Below, one piece after another: positions 1-9,006 of a DNA stretch of 32,000 bases (positions are counted from its first letter, which is position 1; every line of letters begins with the position of its first letter). Made by a program: the position numbers and the translations under genes. This stretch comes from Archaeoglobus fulgidus DSM 4304 (GTDB lineage: Archaea > Halobacteriota > Archaeoglobi > Archaeoglobales > Archaeoglobaceae). Location of the stretch: assembly GCF_000008665.1 (NCBI RefSeq), contig NC_000917.1, positions 540,001-572,000 of the forward strand, written 5' to 3'. The notes below the pieces were generated by a model. It did no database searches and was not told the origin of the DNA. It saw nothing but the letters and a program-made list of their open reading frames with translations.

Positions 1-120
1 GCAAAGAGAAGGGGTTATTATGACGAGATAAAGCCAGTAATCGAGAAACTTATTAAAAAAGGTTTCAGATTGAGCAAGGAAATTATAGAGAACATTCTTA
101 GGGAGGCTGGAGAGCTTTAA
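1..120 (+). CDS. 3' end of a hypothetical protein (5' end lies outside the window)
   Basis: Frame 1 is open from base 1 to the TAA at 118-120 (..KPVIEKLIKKGFRLSKEIIENILREAGEL*). I recognise no family. Confidence 0.3.
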   Translation, partial: AKRRGYYDEIKPVIEKLIKKGFRLSKEIIENILREAGEL

Positions 121-204
121 AAGTTGAACAAATTCAATACATAAGTCAAAATTCGTTGGTTTCTTGCTAATGGATATTTAAACTTATTTGATGCACTTTT
201 AATA

Positions 205-412
205 TTAGAACTAAATCTTCAACCTCTTCCCTCCTCTTTTTCAAGTGCATCTCCGCAAGTTTCCTCAGCTCTTTTTTCTGCATCAGACTCCTTTACTATT
301 ATTCTCCCGCTTAAACGGGGTCTCTTTTTATGTTGTAAAGCTCATCTTCTCTGTCTGGATTGACTATAAGCTTCCATTTTTTATCCCTTACTGTAACTCT
401 AAATTTCGATCT
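205..412 (-). pseudogene. Sulfatase-family C-terminal remnant (truncated and frameshifted; boundaries approximate)
   Basis: The minus frame over 412..311 reads RSKFRVTVRDKKWKLIVNPDREDELYNIKRDPV*. The WKLI..ELY(D/N)..DP pattern is the usual C-terminal signature of arylsulfatase-type enzymes. The frame breaks at 311-313 and continues in other frames. No catalytic N-terminal part is present. Confidence 0.35.
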
Positions 413-612
413 CCTTCTGGAAGGCAGGCACCTTCAACCCCATTAAACTACTTATTTTTAAGACGATAAAATAAATCTTTTGGAGCTTCTTCTTTGGAAA
501 TAACACCTTGGATGTTATGGGTAACTTACTCCCAAATGTCTACTTTGATTGCTACGTTTTGAGGATTTTAAGAGAGTTGATTTTTTTAGAGGTTTCAGGT
601 GTGAACGACAAA

Positions 613-1365
613 TCATCTCTTCAACATCATTGAAACGTTCCATAGGATATCGTAGCAAAGCGGGATGGAGATCGCATGGAAGACGAATCTAAAACGGATG
701 TCGTTTCTTATTCTTTCAGAAAAGCTCAGCTTTCTTGGATGGCAGATTGATGGAGGTCTTTTCGGATCGTGGTGTTCCGAATAAGCTATAAATCCTCTGT
801 AAACTCTGGCACCTATTTTCACTAAGTCGAATTCAAAGAAGACACCCTCATCGATAACCCTTCCAATCTTCTCCTTACACCTGAACTTGACCTTTTCAAT
901 CACCCACCTTTTTATCAGAGTTCCTCCGAAACCCGTGAGGTTTATCCCATTCGGATTTCCCCTATCGAGATAGGCGTTGTAAACGACATCGTAGCCCTTT
1001 TCGGCTATTTTTATCAGTTTGTTTACAATTTCGGGTTCGAATATCATGTCAGCATCCATGAAAATTAAGTATTCAGCTTTCGATTTTAAAAAATATTCTC
1101 TGATTGCGTTTCTCGCTGAAACTATGTTCCAGATTCTGTTTTTCGCATTTTTTGGTCTGTTTGGCTTGGATGTTATTATCTCGTGATTTAGATCGTATTT
1201 TTGCAAAATTTTTTTGAGTTTCTCGGCAAATGTTATATCTTCACTAGCGAAGATCGTTTTAACTTTCGTTGCTGAGTGCTTTTGAATTTCTTCTTGATTT
1301 TTTAAGAACTTGTCGAGTATGTAAGCTGTTTTCGAGTTAATTGGGGCTCCTATTATTGCGGACAT
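613..1365 (-). CDS. Glycosyltransferase, GT-A fold (family 2-like)
   Basis: 250-aa ORF with a DxD-type motif (LIFMDADMIF) after an alternating alpha/beta N-terminal half. It is the last gene of a co-directional glycan operon. Confidence 0.55.
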   Translation of the reverse strand: MSAIIGAPINSKTAYILDKFLKNQEEIQKHSATKVKTIFASEDITFAEKLKKILQKYDLNHEIITSKPNRPKNAKNRIWNIVSARNAIREYFLKSKAEYLIFMDADMIFEPEIVNKLIKIAEKGYDVVYNAYLDRGNPNGINLTGFGGTLIKRWVIEKVKFRCKEKIGRVIDEGVFFEFDLVKIGARVYRGFIAYSEHHDPKRPPSICHPRKLSFSERIRNDIRFRFVFHAISIPLCYDILWNVSMMLKR

Positions 1366-1397
1366 TCATTTAATCCCAATCTCAAAGTTTTAAAGTG

Positions 1398-2330
1398 TTA
1401 TCCAAACCATCTTTTAGGAGGATAGAATTCGTTTACCATGTCGATCAAACCCAATCTTTCCAGTCTCTCAACGAAATGTTTTCTTAGTTTCTCGTCTTTC
1501 GTTATCCTCGGTTTTAGTATTTTTGCATATTTTAGGTCAAAATTTACTCCAGAAAACTCCGTCATAATCCTAAACCACTTTTCCGGTTCTCTTGTGACTT
1601 CTTCATAGTAAACGACCATCCCTCTCTCGTTGTCCGCCTGCTTGAATGCGTAGTAGTTGCAGTATGTCCAGACGATGAGCATTTTATCGAGTAGATCAAG
1701 AGAATCGGGATAGTCCAAATTGAAAACCCTGATAAGTTTGAAATTTTCGTTTATAGCAAAACCGTTTACCCATTCTCTATTTGGCAGATACTTCGTGAGA
1801 ACATACCTTCCAATAAAGGTGTTTTTGAATTTGTAAACAAGCTTAGCCCTTTTGACGTTGCCCACTAAGACCAGTGGTTCTAACGTTTGCCCAATCCAAA
1901 CGTCGATTGGATTTCGGATTATGTGAATAAACGTGCATCTGTACCTTTGAGCGAGTTGAGATAAAATGAAGTGGCACCTATTCGGTTGAATGATTGTATC
2001 TTTTTCTAAGTTATTGAGAAAATCGAATAACTCAACGACTTCGCTTAGATGGATCGGTATGTTGTCCCCGTAGTTTTTAAATTTCTGGCAGATGTCTTTG
2101 TGTATTCTTTGAAATTCGTCAAGATTTTGAGAATTTAAGTGCCTATAGCATTTATATGGATGAAATCCATGAAGATGAAGAACAATTTTCTCTGGATTAG
2201 TTAGAGCTTCGAAGAGATGAGGAGACAGGGGTTCATAAAGACAAAGATAACTCGGATTGCTTTCATTCAAAATCTTATAAAATATCGTCGTCCCGGATCT
2301 GTAATATCCATTGAACACAAACTTAATCAT
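1398..2330 (-). CDS. Sulfotransferase (PAPS-dependent type)
   Basis: 310-aa ORF. It has an N-terminal 5'-phosphosulfate-binding loop (GYYRSGTTIF) and a 3'-phosphate-binding segment (FIHIIRNPIDVWIG), which are the two sulfotransferase signature motifs. It has a 4-nt overlap with the upstream gene. Confidence 0.7.
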   Translation of the reverse strand: MIKFVFNGYYRSGTTIFYKILNESNPSYLCLYEPLSPHLFEALTNPEKIVLHLHGFHPYKCYRHLNSQNLDEFQRIHKDICQKFKNYGDNIPIHLSEVVELFDFLNNLEKDTIIQPNRCHFILSQLAQRYRCTFIHIIRNPIDVWIGQTLEPLVLVGNVKRAKLVYKFKNTFIGRYVLTKYLPNREWVNGFAINENFKLIRVFNLDYPDSLDLLDKMLIVWTYCNYYAFKQADNERGMVVYYEEVTREPEKWFRIMTEFSGVNFDLKYAKILKPRITKDEKLRKHFVERLERLGLIDMVNEFYPPKRWFG

Positions 2331-3361
2331 TTTCCTCCCCTCCTTCTAACTGATAATATATTCCCCTTAATATAACAGTCATAACTATTTCTGGTAAGTT
2401 TGGCTACCATACGTTCTGGATTTAGTTCGTTGTTGATGTAATGACACTCGAATACGACACCCTCCAAATTGTCAAGCCAATTTGATTTTACTAAATAATC
2501 TAAAATTTCATATTCGCAACCTTCGCAATCCAGCTTTATTATGTCGATATTGTTGTTTTCAAGTATCTCATCAATCGATACTATCTCAACTTCCACTTCT
2601 TCAGAATATTCGCTTTCAAATAGACCATAAATATTACCAGCGCCATACCACGGAACTTTCATTTTTGCTTTACCCTTAGAACAGCCCACAGCATAATTTT
2701 CTGGGACAATCTTATTCGATAAATTGTTGATTTCAATATTTTTCTTCAAGATAGGATATAATTTCGGATTTGGCTTGTAGGCGAGGACCTTCTTTGCACC
2801 TTTGTGAATGAACCAAATTGATGAATCTCCTATGAAGGCTCCAATATCTAAAACAGTCTTATTTTTGAAATCAAATCTGTTATAAACTTCGTCTATGAAC
2901 ATTTCAATTATTTCGTATATGCCGTTTTTACAATCTGGCAAATAAAATTTGTAACCAAAGATCTCTACTAATGGTTTATTTTCGCTCTTAAGAATTTTCC
3001 CATCAGATGATAAGAATATAATCCATCGAGGTAACGAGAGTGTTAAAGAGTATTTATCGTTTGGTAAGTTGATAATCTGATCGTTAAATATCAGTTTAAT
3101 TTTATTGTCATCAATATCAATATAACATTCATTATCCAATTTAGCTTTGTAATATTTTAAATCGTTAGAAATCGAATTGATGTGGGATGGTCTAATTGGT
3201 ATACCACTCTTGCCTATGTGTAACCTTATAGGACATTTTCGAAGCTTGACAGTCGTATTTTCGATCTTTCCACTTCTGATCGTTCTTACTAAAATTTCCA
3301 TCCAATTTTCAGTATTTTGTATAAGATTTAATACAGTCTTTACATCCTGAACTAGTCCCAT
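2327..3361 (-). CDS. FkbM-family SAM-dependent methyltransferase with an N-terminal extra domain
   Basis: 344-aa ORF. VLDIGAFIGDSSIWFIHKGAKKVLAYKPNP.. and IDIIKLDCEGCEYEIL match the FkbM family pattern (DiGAniGd..., id.lKiDvEG.E..vL). Confidence 0.75.
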   Translation of the reverse strand: MGLVQDVKTVLNLIQNTENWMEILVRTIRSGKIENTTVKLRKCPIRLHIGKSGIPIRPSHINSISNDLKYYKAKLDNECYIDIDDNKIKLIFNDQIINLPNDKYSLTLSLPRWIIFLSSDGKILKSENKPLVEIFGYKFYLPDCKNGIYEIIEMFIDEVYNRFDFKNKTVLDIGAFIGDSSIWFIHKGAKKVLAYKPNPKLYPILKKNIEINNLSNKIVPENYAVGCSKGKAKMKVPWYGAGNIYGLFESEYSEEVEVEIVSIDEILENNNIDIIKLDCEGCEYEILDYLVKSNWLDNLEGVVFECHYINNELNPERMVAKLTRNSYDCYIKGNILSVRRRGGK

Positions 3362-3378
3362 TGGGATTCACCTTTTTG

Positions 3379-3543
3379 TTAAGTATTTAAGACTTTTTCC
3401 AATTCTCTAGCTTCAGCCTTAGCTACATTCTCCCAAGAACTATGCAATTTCAAAAAATTCAGTAGCTGTCTTTCGTTCAGCATTTTTTGATAATCGTCCT
3501 CATTCATTTTAATAACTTCTACAACCTTTTTAGCCCATTTCAT
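3379..3543 (-). other. Detached C-terminal segment of the 3530-4720 GT4 gene (shifted frame)
   Basis: A 54-aa frame reads (M)KWAKKVVEVIKMNEDDYQKMLNERQLLNFLKLHSSWENVAKAEARELEKVLNT*. This is the canonical GT4 tail (..fsWe.va...). Removing one G from the GGG run (plus-strand ccc at 3534-3536) fuses it in frame as ..NEMAKKVVEV... Confidence 0.7.
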
Positions 3544-4720
3544 TAATATTCCATTCCGGAACGATCTTTACACTGTCGAACTCGCCATAACTATATTTAA
3601 TGGCAGGGATGTCATAAGTCACAACAGGTGTCCCGAGAGCAAGACTTTCCAAAGCTACCAATGAATATGAGTCGGAATGAGTTGGATAAATAAACACCTT
3701 TGCCCTAGAAACGATTTCAAGCAACTCGTTTCTTGGAACGTATCCTTTTAAAATTATCTTATCGCTAACTCCCTGTTTTTTGGCAATATTTTCGAACTTT
3801 CTTAGAAATCTTGTTTCTGGTATTCCGCAAATTATCAACTTTAAATCTGGGAAGATATTGGTAACTTTTTTCCAAATATACGGCAATTCAAATATCCCTT
3901 TTTCTGGAGAAAGTCTTGCGAAGAAGATCGCACAATCTTCTTTCTCCTTTAAGTTCTTTCTGTATTTCAGCAACTCCGATTCAAAAGCATTAGCTGGGTT
4001 TAATATGCTATAACTGGAATTTTGAAGACCTGAGAGTATTACTGGGGCTAAAGAAACTGAAAAGAAACATTTAAAAAATTTAGATGACACTATCTTTTTG
4101 TAAACTCTACTTGTGTAAGCGTTAAAAATGATCTCTGGTATTGTATTGATAATTTCTCTAATACTTGGTGCATAATAAGTGTATTTAAGTTTAGTCCTCA
4201 ACAGGTAGTTTAAAGGTCTAAAAGGTTCAAGTTGTAAAAGTACCACTAAGTTTTTTCTTAGTTTTTCAGCTAATAAGTAAGAAAGAAGAGCAGAATCTAA
4301 ACACTCATGATGACTATAAACGCAATGAACGTTCTCTGTATCGACAAATTTTAGACAATTCTTCAGATAAACAGAATTTTCTTTTTTGTATATCTCAAAC
4401 GAAAAAGTCCCTCTGAGAAACTCCGAAATATTTAAGCCTTTACAATCTTTTTTAAATTGTTTAAACTTAGCCTTAGCCGATTTTTCTAACAATTGTAGTG
4501 AGTACTCATTTATCTCAATTCCCCTATCTATCAGCTCCGCAATTATTTTGTCAGTTTTATCCATTTCGTCTCGAAGTATAGCTCTAACACAATCTAAAGG
4601 AAGAACTATCTCGATGTCCTCTTCCATGTGGTCCGGTAGCCTTCTTAGAACTTCAAAAGACCTTCTACCTCCTCCTGTTATGGGAAAAGGACATGAGATA
4701 ATTATGATCTTATGCCCCAT
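3530..4720 (-). CDS. GT4-type (GT-B fold) glycosyltransferase; the ORF ends prematurely because of a frameshift (see 3379-3543)
   Basis: 396-aa ORF. The C-terminal half carries the GT4 core: FFARLSPEKGI..LIICG..YPTHSDSYSLVALESLALGTPVVT (E-x7-E region). Confidence 0.8.
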   Translation of the reverse strand: MGHKIIIISCPFPITGGGRRSFEVLRRLPDHMEEDIEIVLPLDCVRAILRDEMDKTDKIIAELIDRGIEINEYSLQLLEKSAKAKFKQFKKDCKGLNISEFLRGTFSFEIYKKENSVYLKNCLKFVDTENVHCVYSHHECLDSALLSYLLAEKLRKNLVVLLQLEPFRPLNYLLRTKLKYTYYAPSIREIINTIPEIIFNAYTSRVYKKIVSSKFFKCFFSVSLAPVILSGLQNSSYSILNPANAFESELLKYRKNLKEKEDCAIFFARLSPEKGIFELPYIWKKVTNIFPDLKLIICGIPETRFLRKFENIAKKQGVSDKIILKGYVPRNELLEIVSRAKVFIYPTHSDSYSLVALESLALGTPVVTYDIPAIKYSYGEFDSVKIVPEWNINEMG

Positions 4721-4859
4721 AGTGATACACCCATAAATATGTTTTTAAGGTTTCCTTTGCCGTCGTGATCTCGTCCACATAATCCTTGAGCTTACTAGCT
4801 AAGTTTATGACATTACCAACCCTATTCATTGAAAAGATAAGAGCCGAAACCTTTACCAT
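4710..4859 (-). pseudogene. Possible N-terminal fragment of a GT2-type glycosyltransferase
   Basis: Starting from the ATG at 4859 the frame reads MVKVSALIFSMNRVGNVINLASKLKDYVDEI.., resembling GT2 N-termini (vSvIIptyNr....l.sl). The similarity is lost after ~40 aa and the frame runs into the next gene's start. Confidence 0.3.
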
Positions 4860-4969
4860 GTTCTCTCCCTTCCTTGAATGAATTACATTTAATCCTTTCT
4901 TAGAACTCGTAGCCGTGCATTTCAATTTCAAAACGAAAGACGTCCTCAACGATCCTTTTCAGTTCCTTG

Positions 4970-5626
4970 TCATAGAATTTTTCGGTAATTGTCATCTGCT
5001 GCCGTATTTATCCTAACGTCAAGCTCTTCTGGCAATCCGATCTTCTTCATAACCTTCGCAATATCCTCTTCTAGATTTTCGTAGTAGCCAATGAAGTCTA
5101 CGATGACTTTATAATTTCTTAGTGGATCCGTGTATTGTGGAAAGTTTAAGGCATCGTATATCCAATTACTTTTAACAAATTCTCTAAAGCTCAGATTGAA
5201 GTTTTTATCAAATCTCTTATAATAGAGATACCTGCTGACGACTTTTGCCCACGGATTTCTCTCAAAGCAGAAAACTAAATATCCATCAAATAGCTTTTTG
5301 CCTACTCTGTTTCTTATCATCCAAGCTGGCATGTGGTCGTAGTACTTCTTCTTATTCTTAAAAAGCCAAGGAATTCCCTTGATCCAATCGATCCTATAAG
5401 CTTTGTCTTTTATTCCAAGCTCTGGCAAAGTTTCAAATAGTTTTATACCATAAGGTATGTCTAGAAGAAAATTGTAGTGTCCCAGATCGTTCTGTCTTTT
5501 GTCCCACTTGGGAGGCTAGGGTGTAAATACATCTTGTTCCCCTCTGAATCTCCAAAAGAATTCTTCCATACTCGAAGAGGCTACTCTCTTGCACTTTACA
5601 AAGATAAACTTGTTCTTGTAGCTCAA
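4970..5626 (-). pseudogene. Sulfotransferase (family-2 / PF03567-like) interrupted by one in-frame TAG
   Basis: The 152-aa ORF 4970-5428 contains FCFERNPWAKVVSRYLY and FIGYYENLEEDIAKVMKKIGLP. The same frame continues upstream through a TAG (plus-strand cta at 5516-5518) into (TTG 5626)SYKNKFIFVKCKRVASSSMEEFF, the PSB-loop region. Total length is 219 codons. Confidence 0.7.
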
Positions 5627-5713
5627 CGACCATACCTCTAACCCCTCCTTAATACGAAATAGTAGTCGTATCTTGGCTGAATAAAGAGCTCTTTAAAAAT
5701 GATTGCATGCTTT

Positions 5714-6317
5714 CTAAATCCTCAAAGTGTTTAAGACTTTTCCCAAAGTTGAGCTAGGTTGTTTGCTCGCATAATATAGCGCTATTTTTTGTCTAACATC
5801 TCTTTCCTTATCTCTTAATCTAACAAAGCCGTAATCCTCGAAAATTCTGACCCATTCTTTTTCTGAAAGAATCGTTACATGTGTAGGGTCTGCATTTGCA
5901 TCTCTTGAGCTTGGAGAACATGTTTTCACCAACAAATAACCTGAGGCTTTAAGGACTGACTCTATACACCTCAGAAACAAATTTTTCAGGATGTTCTAAG
6001 TGCTCTATTAAATCGAGAGCGGTAACAACATCAAATGTTTCATTTCTAAAGGGTAACTTAGTTGCATCAGCTATGAGTAAAGTATCGATAACTCCATTGC
6101 TCACAGCGTACTCATTAATATCTATGCCGTAGCTTCTACGCCTAATTCTCTAAAAGCTTTAACAAGATATCCCATAGCACATCCTAACATCCAGCACAAT
6201 TCTGGGCTTGAACATCTCGAAAATTGCTTCTGCAATTGTCTTGTGGAATGGATAGAATATTTCAAATTTGTATCCTTCTTTATAAGTTTTGCCCTCAAAA
6301 TACTCTTTATCGTACAT
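5714..6317 (-). pseudogene. Class I SAM-dependent methyltransferase with three single-base indels
   Basis: Stitching frames gives MYDKEYFEGKTYKEGYKFEIFYPFHKTIAEAIFEMFKPRIVLDV|GCAMGYLVKAFRELGVEAT|GIDINEYAVSNGVIDTLLIADATKLPFRNETFDVVTALDLIEHLEHPEKFVSEVYRV|LKASGYLLVKT... The indels are near 6185 (+1), 6127 (-1) and 5957 (+1). The 604-nt length (3n+1) agrees with this. Confidence 0.75.
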
Positions 6318-7398
6318 TTTGGCTAAACTCATCATACCACCTCTTTAACCAATACCATAAATTTTCCTTAAACACCGAAAAATCGAACTGCTTCGCAAAT
6401 TCTCTGATCTTATCTGGATCATATTTCTTCTTTTCTAACTCTTCAATTGCCTTAGCTATGTTATCTGGATTCGAGCAATCGGTAATGATTCCTCTCTCCT
6501 CATTAACGACGTAAGGAGGAAATCCAGAATTATCAGCAATAACAGGTTTTCCTGAAGCGAAAGCTTCAATTGGAACTATCCCAAAATCTTCTGCTATGCA
6601 AGGATAGATTACAGCTTTACAGCTCGCCAATAAATCTACTTTTTCCTCTTCGCTAACGAACCCTTTTATCTCCACGTACGGGTTTTTACCGTATTTGTCC
6701 CTTAAATATTTCTCCAGATAACCAGAGCCTATGACCACAATTTTTTTCTTGGCTTTTATGCACCCTCTTATAGCCTCTTCCGGTCTTTTTTCATGCCACA
6801 ACCTTCCAACGAAAAGGTAGAAGTCCTCTGAATTTTTACATTTATATTTGTCAAATTCTATAGGAGGATACAGCACTACCGAATCTCTTTTTAGATACTT
6901 CCAGAGCCTTCTTTTCGTAACTGGTGAGTTAGAGAAATAGTAATCGACCCTTTTGTCCACTGCCGTATCCCAAATTCTAAAAAATTCTGAGGCTAAAGGA
7001 AGCAATACATTCCTTTTGAGCCAACCCTTTGACTTTCTTCTGTGGTGCCATAAGTCATAAAGCCATCGAGCTGGAGAATGGTTGTAGTGAACGTGCATAA
7101 CGTCGTCCGGAGTTATCAACACCCTTGCTGTGAGTCCCGATGTTATAACCACATCGTAATCTCCAAAATCTCTTACATCAACGTTACTCCACGTTAAATA
7201 ATCAAAACTTCTAAATCTTCGTAGAATCTTGGCTACTAACGGTAAATGCTGAGAAATGTCTTCAAAACCTAACGTATTTATATTTTCATCCTTTACTATC
7301 GAGTAGACTTTTGAATTAAGAGCCCTACCAAGATAGGAAGCGAGGATTTCACCACCACCAATTTCGCCAAAAGATTCATGAAAAACAGCTATCTTCAC
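6307..7398 (-). CDS. GT4-type glycosyltransferase
   Basis: 363-aa ORF with FVGRLWHEKRPEEAI..VVIGSG..IYPCIAEDFGIVPIEAFASGKPVIA (GT-B E-x7-E core). Confidence 0.85.
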   Translation of the reverse strand: MKIAVFHESFGEIGGGEILASYLGRALNSKVYSIVKDENINTLGFEDISQHLPLVAKILRRFRSFDYLTWSNVDVRDFGDYDVVITSGLTARVLITPDDVMHVHYNHSPARWLYDLWHHRRKSKGWLKRNVLLPLASEFFRIWDTAVDKRVDYYFSNSPVTKRRLWKYLKRDSVVLYPPIEFDKYKCKNSEDFYLFVGRLWHEKRPEEAIRGCIKAKKKIVVIGSGYLEKYLRDKYGKNPYVEIKGFVSEEEKVDLLASCKAVIYPCIAEDFGIVPIEAFASGKPVIADNSGFPPYVVNEERGIITDCSNPDNIAKAIEELEKKKYDPDKIREFAKQFDFSVFKENLWYWLKRWYDEFSQNVR

Positions 7399-7399
7399 A

Positions 7400-8440
7400 T
7401 TATGGCACCTCTTTGTTATTAAAGTTTGCCAATAATTTTTTAAACTTCTCCTTAAACTCCCTACCCCTCTTCCCCGGCTCGAACTCCTCAGACTCTTTTT
7501 TGTATAGCTCCGACATTATTCTTCTTACCTCGCTGTCAAGTTTGAAGTATTCGACTATACCTTCAAAAATTCTGTTGAGCGGTTGTATGAATTTGTTACC
7601 GTCGTAATTCAAGCCGAACTCTCTTTTAACTTGCTCTTCTACTCTCTCGACTATCTCCTTAGTTCCTGTCATGGTTGAAACAACAACAGGCAAACCAGCT
7701 CTCATCGCCTCGAGCGTTGCTACCGGATAGGCTGAGCATCTTCCGGCGTGAACGAAAAGGCTTGCCTCTTCGAAAACCTCGGAAAGATCTTCTACGTAGC
7801 CCAAAACCTTGACGCCCTCGACCCTTTCATACTCTTTTGGATGCCCTTTTCCGACGATCCAAAGCTCAAGATCTGGGATTTGCTTTTTCGCTATTCTAAA
7901 TTGTTCTACCAAAACGTCCATGCCTATGCTGAACCTCGGCTGTCCTACAGACACGATTACGTTCGATTCAAGATTTGGCTTGACTTTACCGAGTTTTTCA
8001 TAACTGTCTTTTGGAATTGCTGGCCTTACAACTTCGATCGGAACGTCGATTATCTTCTCTGCGTATTCTTTCACAAAGGGAGACACAGCAATGGCGGCAT
8101 CCAAAACCTTAGCGGAAATTCTGTGAATTAGAGTTTCGGCAGTGGAGTAGTGAGGTTGTCTTTCAACGAGATTTATGAAAGTTTCATCCGCCAAAAGACC
8201 TACAACAAATCCATTTTTTCTGAACAACTTCTTCCGCAAATACATCGGAAACATTGGCATTCCGCCCTCAAGTATGTAAACGTCATAATCTGGATATTCC
8301 CTTGCCATTTTTAAACCTTCAACGAACTTCACAAATCCATTAACATCTTTATGATAAGCTGGATAGACATCAGCCTTCACAGCTTCAACGAACGGTTCGT
8401 GAGCTGGATGCATTCCTGCATAGACGAACAGCACCTTCAT
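7400..8440 (-). CDS. GT4-type glycosyltransferase
   Basis: 346-aa ORF with LWIVGKGHP...FVHAGRCSAYPVATLEAMRAGLPVVVS. It is the first gene of the minus-strand operon. Confidence 0.8.
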   Translation of the reverse strand: MKVLFVYAGMHPAHEPFVEAVKADVYPAYHKDVNGFVKFVEGLKMAREYPDYDVYILEGGMPMFPMYLRKKLFRKNGFVVGLLADETFINLVERQPHYSTAETLIHRISAKVLDAAIAVSPFVKEYAEKIIDVPIEVVRPAIPKDSYEKLGKVKPNLESNVIVSVGQPRFSIGMDVLVEQFRIAKKQIPDLELWIVGKGHPKEYERVEGVKVLGYVEDLSEVFEEASLFVHAGRCSAYPVATLEAMRAGLPVVVSTMTGTKEIVERVEEQVKREFGLNYDGNKFIQPLNRIFEGIVEYFKLDSEVRRIMSELYKKESEEFEPGKRGREFKEKFKKLLANFNNKEVP

Positions 8441-8638
8441 TTTAAGATTTGCTAACTCAGGTTGTTTAAAAACGTTTCTTACTTCTCAACATAAGCTAAA
8501 AATTCGGTGTGGATGGCTTTCGGGCATGTTTTGAAAACAATATTTGATCTAAACGAGCCTTAATTGGCTTAAAATCTTATGCAGATAAATTAAAGCTCGA
8601 ACAAACCTTTATCAACTTCTTTGACCAATTTATCGACT

Positions 8639-8858
8639 ATGCAAGAAACTGCCTCTCTCGTTGACCTTCTCAAGGAACTCAGAGAAATCAGGAAAAAACT
8701 CGACCGTATTGAGGAAGGCAATCGAAGACCTCATCGATTCCACGTTAACTCCGGAAGAGGATGAACTGCTTAAAGAAGTCAGAGAAAAAATCAGGAAAGG
8801 CGATTTTTCCGAGTTTATTCCGCTCGAAAAACTTGATGAGGCTTTGGAGGATTCCTAA
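8639..8858 (+). pseudogene. Small coiled-coil antitoxin-like protein with a +1 frameshift
   Basis: The ATG at 8639 gives MQETASLVDLLKELREIRKKLDRIEE, then the frame is lost near 8717. The shifted frame (track ORF 8661-8858) continues AIEDLIDSTLTPEEDELLKEVREKIRKGDFSEFIPLEKLDEALEDS. The 220-nt length is 3n+1. Confidence 0.5.
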
Positions 8859-8884
8859 GACAAATGTCGGAAGTATCACAGTTT

Positions 8885-9006
8885 CTATTCCACGTATTTG
8901 ACATCAATTCCCATCTTTTTTGCAACTTCCACTGTTTTTCGTCGCTCGTTAGAAGACTTTCGTATTTCTTCGCCTGAGCCAAATATAACGCATCAATTAC
9001 TATCAC
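8885..9006 (-). pseudogene. vapC: PIN-domain (VapC) C-terminal remnant; N-terminal ~2/3 deleted, plus a frameshift
   Basis: Reads ..VIDALYLAQAKKYESLLTSDEK then, after a 1-nt slip in an A-run, TVEVAKKMGIDVKYVE* (stop at 8885-8887). This is typical of a PIN C-terminus (DA..lA.A......LlT.D). It begins right at the stop of the upstream antitoxin. Confidence 0.55.

Noticed and set aside
5433-5633. 66-aa track ORF MVVELQEQVYLCKV..
   Set aside because: It is out of frame with, and fully explained by, the N-terminal part of the sulfotransferase pseudogene, whose frame shows the expected PSB-loop homology.
8579-8619. The shared 12-mer atgcagataaat (8579-8590 and 10766-10777) and the near-identical caaac(c)tttatcaactt (8602-8619 and 10741-10758), which looked like possible att-site or repeat-element ends
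   Set aside because: A rough estimate gives tens of exact 12-mer matches by chance in 32 kb of AT-rich DNA on both strands. The longer motif coincides with the TATA/BRE position of two promoters and the order of the two motifs is swapped. It is most simply promoter-consensus similarity.
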